From Takakia lepidozioides (taxonomy: Eukaryota; Plantae; Bryophyta), in the NCBI GenBank assembly GCA_030704615.1, contig CM060734.1, positions 57,536,001 to 57,600,000 of the forward strand: a stretch of DNA of 64,000 nt. Direction: 5' to 3'. Position numbers and translations under genes: made by a program. Below, in pieces: positions 39,880 to 51,572 of the stretch (positions are counted from its first letter, which is position 1; every line of letters starts with the position of its first letter). The notes under the pieces were generated by a model, which was not told where the DNA came from, searched no databases, and saw only the letters and a program-made list of their open reading frames with translations.

Positions 39880-40125
39880 CAACCGACGGCCACAATTTGT
39901 CGCAGAATCTAATACAAAAAGGTAGTAAAATATTTTACGCGTAAAAAGCTGCTGGACACGTGGTGTTCCCGTACAAGCGTGTGTACTCGTTATTCGCCGA
40001 GCGACGTCGACACGTGTCCACCGTGGACATTTGAACCCTCCTCCGGAACCGTGGATGGATCCGCCTTGACGCAGACCTGACCCTCAGATCATTCCACATC
40101 GACGCCTGCCGTGTCACCGACCGTC
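39880..40125 (-). promoter_or_regulatory. Choline kinase promoter with ABRE/G-box and DRE-like motifs
   Basis: GACACGTGG at ~39955, GACACGTGTC at ~40009 and ACCGAC at ~39882 and ~40116, in a GC-rich patch just upstream of the CT-rich 5' UTR. Confidence 0.5.
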
Positions 40126-41887
40126 CGATGGCCCGTTCTTTTTTTTCTTTTTTCTTTTTAAGAGAAAGGGGACAGAGGCCCTTTTAATTCGTTTTGTTTC
40201 TATTAATTTCTATTTTTTAATTATATTGTAGTTCTACTATGAGGGGATCATTAGCAGTTTTCTTTTCTTTTCTTTGCTTTTCTTTTCTTTTTTGGGTTTT
40301 TTAATTTTTAATTTAAAGAAAGGCTAACTTTTTCGGGGTTAGCAGTTCCACATGGAACGGCCTCCTGGTCCTAATGGCTATGACTAAATTTTAGTCTAAG
40401 GGAATTGACACGAATGACGGAATGGAGTCTTTGTTTGTAGTTAAATGAATGAAAAATGGATGGGGATCCCACAAAAGCCAGAAAGATAAACATATATCCA
40501 TACTGCTCGAAATAAACTCGTTGGGTAAGCATACCGTACCGGAGCATTGCTAAATTATTTCAGAGAAAGTAGGTCCGGCACCTAAATTAGAATTTTTACA
40601 ATTTTTGAACAAGTTGGTCACGTACATTAAAATTACCTCTAGGAAGGTAATTAGGTTATATCCTCTAGAAGGTAACCTAACGCGAAATTCTTTATTGCTC
40701 TGACATTGAGGTCATTACTTTTCTGAATTTTTCAGACATGAATTAATAAACGCCGGACATCGAAGGAGGGTACGGTAGTCTTTTGGGCGTTCCCTATTAA
40801 AAAAAAAGGGGGTGGTTGGGTCAATCGGCCACCTCCTTTTGCGGCGGACTTTGGAGGTCTTGGGAGAGGTTTGGACAACTGAGTTGCCTAGTTATAGTTC
40901 AATTACGAATGCTATAAGGAGTCCTTCAGGGTGGAGGGACACCCTACTTTACTCTTCTTAAGTCAAGAGTCAAACTTTTCCTTGAGCCCTGTGTGGCACG
41001 ACAAATAGGATTCCACCAAGATTCAAGGAAGGGGATGGAGATTCAGTGGGATCCATCAAAGAATCAGGGGAAAGTTCCGAATTCAACACTCAGATTTTTT
41101 TTTGGGATGTTTGATGGAGCGATGTACATGGACCGCAACCAAAGCCAGCATAAATAAGAACCTCTTCCTCCTTTCAGCTGGTCAACTAACTAGGGCTAAC
41201 TTTTATCCATAGGAGCCACCTCCCTAACCCACTGCAATATATTTTATTTTACTTTATCTTAATCAAAAGAGACCCCCCACTTGCCCTTGAGGTGACCCTA
41301 AGCTTCTGGAGCCATGAGGCATATAGGGACATGAGCAGGGTATATATTTCATTGGTATAATTATCATTTTCAGACCTTCAATACCTTTACCTGAAATTAT
41401 CAAATATGAGAAAAATGCCAAAAAATGTGAGGGTGGCTGGGCGACTCATGGAACCGTGATGTGATTCAGAAGATGTTGTTGATATTAGTGCGTCAAGTAT
41501 TACTTAAAACAAGGGGGGAAAAACAAAAGGAATTAGGTGGAGTGGTGGGTGAGGAGTAGTTGATGTAGGTGCCGGACAACCCACAATCCGATCAAAACGA
41601 CTATGTAACAATGGTGTGATCATGTATCAAATCTTCTTTTTTTTAAATTTAAAGGGACAGAAGCCCATGAAAATAAATTTAAAAAGGGACAGGGAAAACA
41701 ATAATCATATGAAGGCAAAGTGACAAAGCATACAAAAGTAGGTTGGGCTACAATAAATATATTGTTTGATTGCCATTTGTTTTTGGAGTGGAGAGGGGCT
41801 GAACTACTAGTGAATCATTTGAATACTGGACGAATCAAAATGAGCCTAGCAATGGCTCACTAAGCTGCCACTCTATCACTATGTTAA

Positions 41888-42669
41888 CCCTTAAAGGACG
41901 GGCTAACTTTTGGTGGGCCCACTAAAAAAGAGTATATACACTTATGGATGGGGGTGTAACTTCTTACCCCCAATCATCCACGGGGATGAACCTTACACTT
42001 ATGTGCATATTTACTATGTACATGTCCTGTAAAAAATGTAGGCAAATTGACCATTCCATTTGGGAGATTATAACAAAATAATATGCCCCAATTTGTAAAT
42101 GTATTCAAAAATTGCATGCAAAAAATGGTTTGACCATAAAATTACAGTATCGAGTTGAATCTTCCTAGACAAAGGCCCTCCATAATCTGATTATATGGCA
42201 CCTAAACCACTGCCTCCCACAAAAATCAGACCAAAATTCCAAAAATTCAGATAGGCTGCTTTGTATGTGAAATCTGGGGGGTCAAATTGTCTTGTTTTGG
42301 CTTCTTTCGCAATTACACCCATGAGATAATATTTGTTTTCCAATTCCTCTGGTAAGTAAGTGCCCAGTAACATTTCATAGTGCCCTGTCCAAATGTTTTG
42401 GGATTATGATAAATTTTCAGCCCTAGATGTTATTTTGAAGATTGCCCATTTGGCTGCCACATAGGCAGGTCAATGGTGCTCTAACACTAGATTTTCTGAC
42501 CCCTTGGCACTTTGAAAAATTCAGAGCCTTTATGATTTTTTTGGCGCTGTAAATTCCCACACGTGCTCCTCTCCGACAACCACAATTTATCTTCAGGGTT
42601 CACTATCGTCCACTATCAAACTGGAGCCTGGCAAAAAACTGACGCGAGGGTTGGGTCGTCCTTTAGGGG
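41888..42669. mobile_element. piggyBac-like TTAA MITE family A, copy 2 (intact, 782 bp)
   Basis: TTAA|CCCTTAAAGGACG ... CGTCCTTTAGGGG|TTAA: a 13-bp TIR with one mismatch and a TTAA TSD. Non-coding. Confidence 0.9.
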
Positions 42670-43825
42670 TTAAGGTATCCTGCCCTATGACCGATGGTAC
42701 AAGCTCAACTCTACTATTCTTCACATGAAAATGGAATCTAATCTTAGAATTGATCAAGGATTGTAGACAAAGTGGTCCCACACTCTCCAGAAGTTACAGC
42801 GTAAGTTTTGAAGATAATATGAATAAGATATGAATATTACAAAAATTGATATAGGTTGCTCTTTGATCATGCTATAGGGGACTCTATGACCGTTTCTAGA
42901 CTCCTCTACGTATGTGTATTCCAATGTCTAACAATGTCATATGATTGTCTCATTATGAGCAAAAGATAGTGGTGTCACCACAATAAATGTGACTCTGACT
43001 TCATTCCTTGAATGCCCATAAATGGTTTCACATTTGTTGTATTAATACAATGACTATTTTTTTTACACTAACCTCAAAGTATCAAATCTACAATAGTTAT
43101 GTTGTTCCAAAGCGAGGTTTCATTATCTTTACACCAAGTCAAAACCAACTATTGAATGTGTCCATTGAATATTCAACCACTAATAAAAACTATTAAAAAA
43201 CTAAAACTAACCACTTAAAATTACACGGTTTTCGAGACTGCTGCACCCGACAGCATCTCTTTTCACCACTTATGTCTACCCCTAACATAAAATGCCATAG
43301 GATGATATGATAATAGTCCTGCTTGCTCTAAGACCAACTCTAGAGCGTAGTGGCACAGGGTCAGTGTCCGGGAAATATTTTGAGTTGAACCAGCCAGTGG
43401 CCGCTCATTTTCAACACCAACCGGCTAAGTGGGTTGGGGGGTCGGCTGCTGCCCCTTAGTGGTAACTTCAGGCGGTCAATTTCCTACATATTGTTTTACA
43501 ACCGGTAATATTCCTTTTTTTTTTGGTGTGTTCGGCTATAAATCCGGCCATTGTACATATCAACCGGTTCATTTCCTGCAAATGAAAATTAAATTCGGCT
43601 GCATACAAATTCAACAAATGAACAACAATAAATAATCACAACCAAATTTAAGCAATTCAAACAAGTGCAGAAAAGTATCCTTGGCAGGAGTTGAACCTGT
43701 CAATGCCCTCCACCAGTTGGAGGCCAAGGATCGAACCCTTCTAAAATGCAAGGACCTCAACCAAAAGGTGAAGGGCCTTGAATTTTAGAAGCGTTACCTA
43801 TCTAAACAAACAAACAAACATAAAT

Positions 43826-46102
43826 TCAAAACTGCAAATCATCATTCGTACCTTCTGTATATGATGGCCCACCTTCTGGTTGTCCAGCTATTGGCTGTCC
43901 AGCTAAATATAGCTCAGGATGAGAGAACAAATGTCTGAAGTTTGTGGAGTTCTTCCACAAAGATATGGCCTCAATCAAAACAGGTTGACATGCCTGCACA
44001 CTTGGCCCTTCCAAAGCAACACGAAGCACACTTTCCAAGTTCTTTGTTTTCAACTTGTTTCGAAATTTAGTTTTGATTGAGTTTTGAACTGAGAATGCCC
44101 TCTCACATGCGGCAGTGCTTACACATTGAACTCGAGCAATTTCAGAAAGCACAAGCAAGTTTTCATACTTCATCGTTAGAGAAGGGTTCCAAGTCACCAT
44201 GCCCCAAAGATCCTTGAAAGTTTTCTCCATCCACTCGGTACTTGCCTGTAGTTTGAAAGCAAAGAACTCTCGTTTCACCGTTGCTATGTCAACAAGGGCA
44301 GGCAATGTCCTTCCTGCAATATGTCTTTCGACACCATAGTGCGCACATAATATTTCCAACTCTACTACACCCCAACTTGCTAACCCCACTTGCCTAGTTA
44401 GTAGGTTACATGGACTCAATATTTTGAATGCACTTACAACTCCGTTGTCCTCAAATCTGGCATCCAAAGCATTGCAAACAGCCTCTGCATAAAGCTTTTG
44501 GAAGGTAAGTGCTGCCTCCAAATCACCCCCCATCCTCTCTCGTGTCATTTGTACACCATGAAAATTGGATCCCCTAATCTCAGAGGCTAGCCGCCTCAAA
44601 TACCCACCTCAAATACCCACCAGGAGGACCAAATTCCGGGATGATGTGATAACCCATTTCCTCATTGAAGGTGGATTGGTTCAAATCCGTGCTATCCTCA
44701 ATGAAAAACATTCGTATTTGTGCAATCTCTGTCTTAACTATGGACCCAATGTTGGTTACATCCACAAACTTCCATTGGAACACACGTGAGAGTAGAGATA
44801 GACCGTGCAACATATCAGCCAAAAAATACAAGACATAAATCATTTTGAATGACCTAAGCTTGTTATATAAAAGAGAGGCTGATCCATCATCATTGGCAAC
44901 CGGCACATCTCTAAAATACGTGACAACACTCTCAAGACTATCACAAAGCGATGTCACGGCCTGCCACCTAGATAACCAACGAATCTTGTGAAACCTTTTG
45001 AGGCACTTCTGAGCATCATTAAGCTCGGTTTGCAAAGCTTGCAAGGTTGCCTTACGCTTAGATGATTTGCGAAAATGACCAGCAAGAGAGTTCAAAAGTG
45101 TGTCAACCTCATTTGAAATAAGATGACATGCTGATGTCTTGGCAGCTTCTAATGCTGCCAAGTTGGTCCTACGTGCTACGCAATGGACGGCCAACATAAA
45201 GGGGTTTATCTTTTGCTTAAGACGAGCAGCCACGCCGGATCGAGCCCCCACCATGGTTGCTGCCCCATCCGAACCAAACCCCAAAAACTTATCTACATCC
45301 AAACCCCACTCTTTCAAACTAGTTAGTAAACACTCATATATCATTGCGGCATCCTTCTTGCCATCAATAATCTGAAGTAATCCCAAAAACAGAGTGACTG
45401 GCAAACCCTCTTCAACAAAAGAAGCAAAAACAACAAGATGACCGGTCACTGAAATGTCAGTTCACTTATCTATCATGATTCCATAGTACTTGGAATCATT
45501 CACTCTATCCAACACCTTTTTCTGAACAACACATGAGATACAATACAATATATCAGCACATGACTTCTCATCATGGTACAGTTTCTGGGTAATACAAGCT
45601 TTGAGAGTAACCAAAGTTGACACAAACCTGGAAATTTGCTAAATGGCAAGGCCTCCAAACCAATGTAGTAAGCAACTTGGAAAAGAGCCAAAACAGCATC
45701 ATCACAAGCTCGATTAGCACTAGCTATGGCTTTCTCCATGGCTTTCTTACCAGATTGTAGGGCCCAAGAGAACTTACGATGCTCTTCTGACCTAGCATGG
45801 TCTTGGAATGAACTCACCTTGACATTGACAGAACCAGCATTTGCAAAGACTGTCCTCCCTCCTTTCCCTCTACAAACTTTACAAAAAACCCTACCTAGAT
45901 CATGGTTAAACTCAATCCAATCAACTTGAGTGTACCAAACATCTTTCCATGCTTTCTGGGCTGCCTCTACACTATTCGATGGCTTGTCCATACCACTTGA
46001 AGATGAGGCAGGGGGGACAGCGGAAGGAGACTCCTCATCACAATCACCAGTGCGACCAGCTCTAAATAACATATTTCTTAGATTCCTTTGGCGCTTAGCC
46101 AT
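43826..46102 (-). pseudogene. hAT transposase copy 1 (full length, disrupted)
   Basis: FCKVC zinc finger, GSDGAATM, HCVA(R)RTNLA, IRWLSR and STAACERAFS. Lesions: 1-nt deletion at ~45612, catalytic DEST changed to DK*T at ~45465, and a 13-bp duplication at ~44594-44620. Confidence 0.92.
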
Positions 46103-49100
46103 AGCCAATACCTTACAAAATATAAATTTATAGCACGGAAATTGCAACAAGGAAGGGCCAGCGAGTGCAAGCAGGCGGGAGCGTCAGCAGCACATCAACA
46201 TACAACCAATGGTAAGTGCGGGCCCCGGCAAGTGAGCTGTGGACTTAGCAAAGAACGAGTGCAAGGCCTGCCAACTGCCTGAAGCAAATCAGAAAATAGA
46301 AGGGGAGGTGGGTCAGAAAACTCGAGCAATTTCAGAAAGCACAAGCAAGTTTTCATACTTCATCGTTAGAGAAGGGTTCCAAGTCATCATGCCCCAAAGA
46401 TCCTTGAAAGTTTTCTCCATCCACTCGGTACTTGCCTGTAGTTTGAAAGCAAAGAACTCTCGTTTCACCGTTGCTATGTCAACAAGGGCAGACAATGTCC
46501 TTCCTGCAATATGTCTTTCGACACCATAGTGCGCACATAATATTTCCAACTCTACTACACCCCAACTTGCTAACCCCACTTGCCTAGTTGGTAGGTTATA
46601 TGGACTCAATATTTTGAATGCACTTACAACTCCGTTGTCCTCAAATCTGGCATCCAAAGCATTACAAACAGCCTCTGCATAAAGCTTTTGGAAGGTAAGT
46701 GCTGCCTCCAAATCACCCCCCATCCTCTCTCGTGTCATTTGTACACCATGAAAATTGGATCCCCTAATCTCAGAGGCTAGCCGCCTCAAATACCCACCAG
46801 GAGGACCAAATTCCGGGATGATGTGATAACCCATTTCCTCATTGAAGGTGGATTGGTTCAAATCCGTGCTATCCTCAATGAAAAACATTCGTATTTGTGC
46901 AATCTCTGTCTTAACTATGGACCCAATGCTGGTTACATCCACAAACTTCCATTGAAACACACGTGAGAGTAGAGATAGACCGTGCAACATATCAGCCAAA
47001 AAATACTGATATGTATTTTTTACATATCATATGATACCTAAGCTTGTTATACAAAAGAGAGGCTGATCCATCATCATTGGCAACCGGCACATCTCTAAAA
47101 TACGTGACAACACTCTCAAGACTATCACAACACTACAACAAATTGCGGCTTTTACGTCTCTGTGTTATGACTGCAAATGCAGTCATGGAAGCCATTTACG
47201 ACTTCCTGACTCTGCAGACGTAAAGACCTAGTCAGTTGTGACTTGGCAGATATGACTCTCCAGGCTGGCTGTCACGTGGCGCCAGAGCAGCTGTGGGGGT
47301 AGTCATACACGCTGGCATTACTGAATGACTAAACGGGTCCATGTCAGCCGCTGTGTAATAGAGACACGTGCTCTCTACAGAACACGACACGTGTCAGACT
47401 GCGACGCCATCCGACTGCAGAGGAGGGAATCAGACGTCAGCATGTGTCGCATCGTGATTTTGACACGTGGTTCATCATGTTAATTGACACGCGTCGCTGT
47501 TGGGGGTTGTAGATTTACTTTATTGTTATTATAATTACTAAAATAATTATTATAATTATTTGTTATTATAATTATTATTAGTGACCAACATGGGACAGTG
47601 GCACATTATTAAATAACGAATTTTTGAAATTATATTCTTAGATAAAATATTTATTCGCTCAGATACCAAAACACACCCTTACGGGGAAGGAGAGTTTGCC
47701 TTAGTGCCTGTGCTGAATTGCATCTGCTACCGTTACCTGTTTATGGATACTTTTTTATTGTCACTTTGGCAGTATCATATCAAAGTCACTCCAAACTATC
47801 TACCATCTACCCATGACCATCTACCCATGCAGATTTCTTGTAGCTATCCTTCCACAGGGAATCATCGGTAATTTGGAGCTTGAAATCCGGCTTTCTTGGA
47901 TGATCTGGACCCACACTCTATCCCTGCTCCTTCAGCTATCCATGCCTCTGCATAGATCATGCATATATCCTTGCATTGCTGTTAGCAGCTGACAATGACA
48001 GCCTACATTTGTTCCAGCAAACACCCAACTCAACTTACCACACTAGTTCCTATTCTCAATTGCATCTGTTACTCTCTGTAATCCAACAGGCATTTACCTT
48101 TTTGCCTCGGTTGTCCCACCATTGACTAGGGTCAGAAAAGTATTCATTCCACAGCTTCCCCTCATTTCCGTTAACTGTTTTTCGATACTTTCCTGTTGTC
48201 ACATTGGCAATATCATGTCAAAGTCACTCCAAACTAGATTCACTCAACCAGCTAACTTGCAGACATTGAAATTTAGGGTCGGTTCTGATAAGAGGGAAAA
48301 CAGGGTGAAATGTGTTGAAGAAGGTGCCTTTATTAGCAGTGCTTGATTTTATCAATTGTGCCGCTACTACTGCGGCTTCCAGTTCACCATCTACCCATGC
48401 AGGTTTCTTATAGCTAAATCCACAGGTAATCATAGGTAATCATGTGCTTGAAATCTGGCCCTCTTGGATGAATCTGGACCCATACTCTATCCCTGCTCTT
48501 TCAGCTATCACTGCTTCTGCACAAATCATGCATACTTCCTTGCCTTGCAGCTGATAATGACAGCCTACATTTGTTCTAGGAAACACCCAACTCAGCTTAT
48601 CACACTAGTTCCTATGCTGAATTGCATCTGCCCTCTATAATCTAACAGGCATTAACCTTTTTCCCTCGGTTGTCCCACCATTCCACAACTTCTCCTCGTC
48701 TCTGTGACCTGTTTCTGGATACTTTCCTGTTGTCACATTGGCATCATGTCAAAGTTCAAATCGACATCTAGTACAATTCCACCACGAACCTCTTTGCTAT
48801 TTTGCAGGGCTGCCAGGCTTGCACACATGTTGCAAATGTAACAAACGCGATGTGGTTGCGCTGCAGTATCCCTTCCCACACCACTTGCTCATAGACCTCT
48901 CCAAAGGGCCTCCATCCCGTGCCGCTGTTGTGCATATCCTGGGATCATCATCCTCCATGCACCCCAATTTGGCATACAAGTCCACAAGGGCATAGTTCAG
49001 AACAACATTTGTTTAATTCCAGCTTGGACGATCAACATCACAAACCCCGTCTTCACTCATTGCCTACTCTAGGTAAGTGCAATTATGGGCTAGACTGGTA

Positions 49101-50204
49101 CCACATCTCATTCAGCCATATTATCAAAACAACCGTTGCACCCTGCAACCTTGGCATACATGTCCACTACGGCAACGTTCAGAATCACATCAAATACAAT
49201 ACCAGCTTTGACAATATCACCGTGGACCTCTGTACCCTTTTTCAGGGCTGCCAGGCGTGCATTTGACATACATATCCACCAAGGCAGTGTTTAGAGTGAC
49301 ATCTAGTGGTACAATTCCAGATTTGATAATGGACCTTTGCGTCCTTTCTAGGGCTACCAGGCTCGCATTTGACATACATGTACACCAGGGGAATGTTCAG
49401 AATGACATCACGTACAATTCCAGCTTTGATGATGTCACCATGAACCTCTTGGCCCCTTCCCAGGGCTGCTAGGCTCGCATATGCATATTAACAAACACAA
49501 ATGAACATGACCTGGTTTGGCTTCATCATTTCCCACATCATTTGTTCTTAGGTTTCCAAAGCCTTACTCCCACACCTATGCTACACACACCTTACAATCA
49601 TGGCAGTCCACAACACCACATCTCATTTAGCCATGTTGTCGAACTCTCCCTTTGCATCAGGCTTGGTGCACCCACATTTGGCATACATGTCCACTAGGGC
49701 AGTGGTCAGAATGACAACTAGTACAGTTTCAGCTTTGACGATGGCACATGGCCAAGAGATATCCCAATATCCCGCTACCAATGGGTTCAATGCATACTCT
49801 TGTCACATTGGCAGTATCATGTCAAAGTCACTCCAACTAGATTCACTCAACCAGCTAACTTGCAGAATTGAACATGAAAATTTAGGGCCGATTCTGATAA
49901 GAGGGGAAAATAGGGTGAAATGTGTTTCAGAAGGTGCCTTCATTAGCAGTGCTTGATTGTATCAATTGTGCTGCTGCTGCTGCGGCTTCCAATTGACCAT
50001 CTACCCATGCAGGTTTCTTGTATCTATCCTTCCACAGGGAATCATAGATAATCTGGAGCTTGAAATCTGGCCCTCTTCCACACTCTATCCCTGCTCCTTC
50101 AGCTATCTATGCCTCTGCACAAAATCATGCATACAACAATCATTCCAGCAAACACCCCCAACCCTACTTATCAATGAGCAACGAGCTAACTTACATAATT
50201 CAAT

Positions 50205-51112
50205 ATGCATCTCAAGGCCGGGTCTGATGAGAGGGCAAAACAGGCTGAAATAGGTCGAAGGAGAACCCATAGAGGATTTGAGCGACCATCAACCCAAAAG
50301 GACCTCTTGTGTGTGCTGCTTGTGTCTTGTAGTCAGGTAATGTCGGATTGGTCTGTGAGAACCAGCACGGTGCAGATGAGCAGGCAGAGATTGAAACACG
50401 GCCTGCTAAGACCAAGCTGACTCTCCCAATAACCTTGAAACATCAGGAAGAATACCAAATCATGGTACTAACAGGAGCCAACAGCCCACATTTGCAGGAT
50501 GGACAAACTTCTTCACATCGTACATTAAGGAAAAGCCACACCTTGCCATTGCGGTTGTCGCACCATCGTGAAGGATCTTTTAAAATCTCATGCCAACTCT
50601 GCTCCGTGCTGCAAATGAAGGGCCAAGTCTAATGAGAGGGCAAAACAGGCTGAAATAGGTCGAAGAAGACCCTCACCACATTGTCCTCGACCTTGTGTCA
50701 TGGCCCATGGAGGATTTGACTGACCATGAACCCAAGAGGACCTCTTCAGTGTGCTGCTTGTTTCTGTAGTCAGGTAATGTCGGATTGGTCAGTGAGAACC
50801 ACCACGGTGCAGCTGAGTGGGCAGAGATTGAAACACGGCCTGCTAAGACCAAGCTAACTCTCCCAAAAACCTTGTAAACATCAGGAAGAATACCAAATCA
50901 TGGTACTAACAGGAGCCAACAACCCACATTTGCAGGATGGACAAACTTCTTCACATCGTACATTAAGAAAAAGCCACACCTTGCCATTGCGGTTATCCCA
51001 CCATCGTGAAGGATCTTTTAGAAACTCATGCCAGCTCTGCTCCGTGCTGTAAAATCAGGGCCGAGCAGGTAGAGATTGAAACACGGCCTGCTAAGACGAA
51101 GCTGACTCTCCC
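50205..51112 (+). repeat. ~430-bp direct repeat (two copies plus a partial third) inside the CACTA
   Basis: ATGAGAGGGCAAAACAGGCTGAAATAGGTCGAAG at ~50227 and ~50632. AGAGATTGAAACACGGCCTGCTAAGAC occurs three times. Confidence 0.9.
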
Positions 51113-51504
51113 AAGAACGGCGGGCTCCCAGCCGAAACCTCCTCGCACACATACCGTAACGTTTCTAGGGTTGCTTGCTCCAAATGCGAAGGTTGATCCA
51201 ACTGCGGGCCTCCCATGCATGTTTGCCCTCTCTCCCGCTCGCTCGCTCTAAGTCCCAACCCTCTCTCTCTCTCCCTCCCGCTCGCTCTAAGTCTGTTCAC
51301 GCTACCGTGATGGGCAACTTTTTAAGTTTTTTAACCTTTTTGTAAACCCTAAAAGCCCCTATTTGATTTTTTTTCTTTTTTTTCTTTTCTTAAAGGAAAC
51401 CACAGGTCCTTGAGGAGGGGGGAAAATTCACCCGCCTTCATTTATGGGCCATAAGACGTACAGGACGATCAACGCCCAGACATACTGTTACGAACAATCC
51501 CACA

Positions 51505-51572
51505 CACGGGATAAGGCAGCGGGTTTGAACCCCAAACCACCAGGGTGACACACTGTGCACTTACCAGCCGAT
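51505..51572 (-). mobile_element. Second tRNA-derived SINE-like head, inside the CACTA
   Basis: Minus strand GGCTGGTAAGTGCACAGTGTGTCACCC...GGGGTTCAAACCCGCTGCC has a canonical B box and resembles 18197-18267. Confidence 0.55.

Noticed and set aside
40398-40797. Possible MITE with GGGAA/TTCCC ends and internal 8-bp hairpins (40631-40680)
   Set aside because: The terminal match is only ~6 bp, there is no clear TSD, and there is no second copy in the window.
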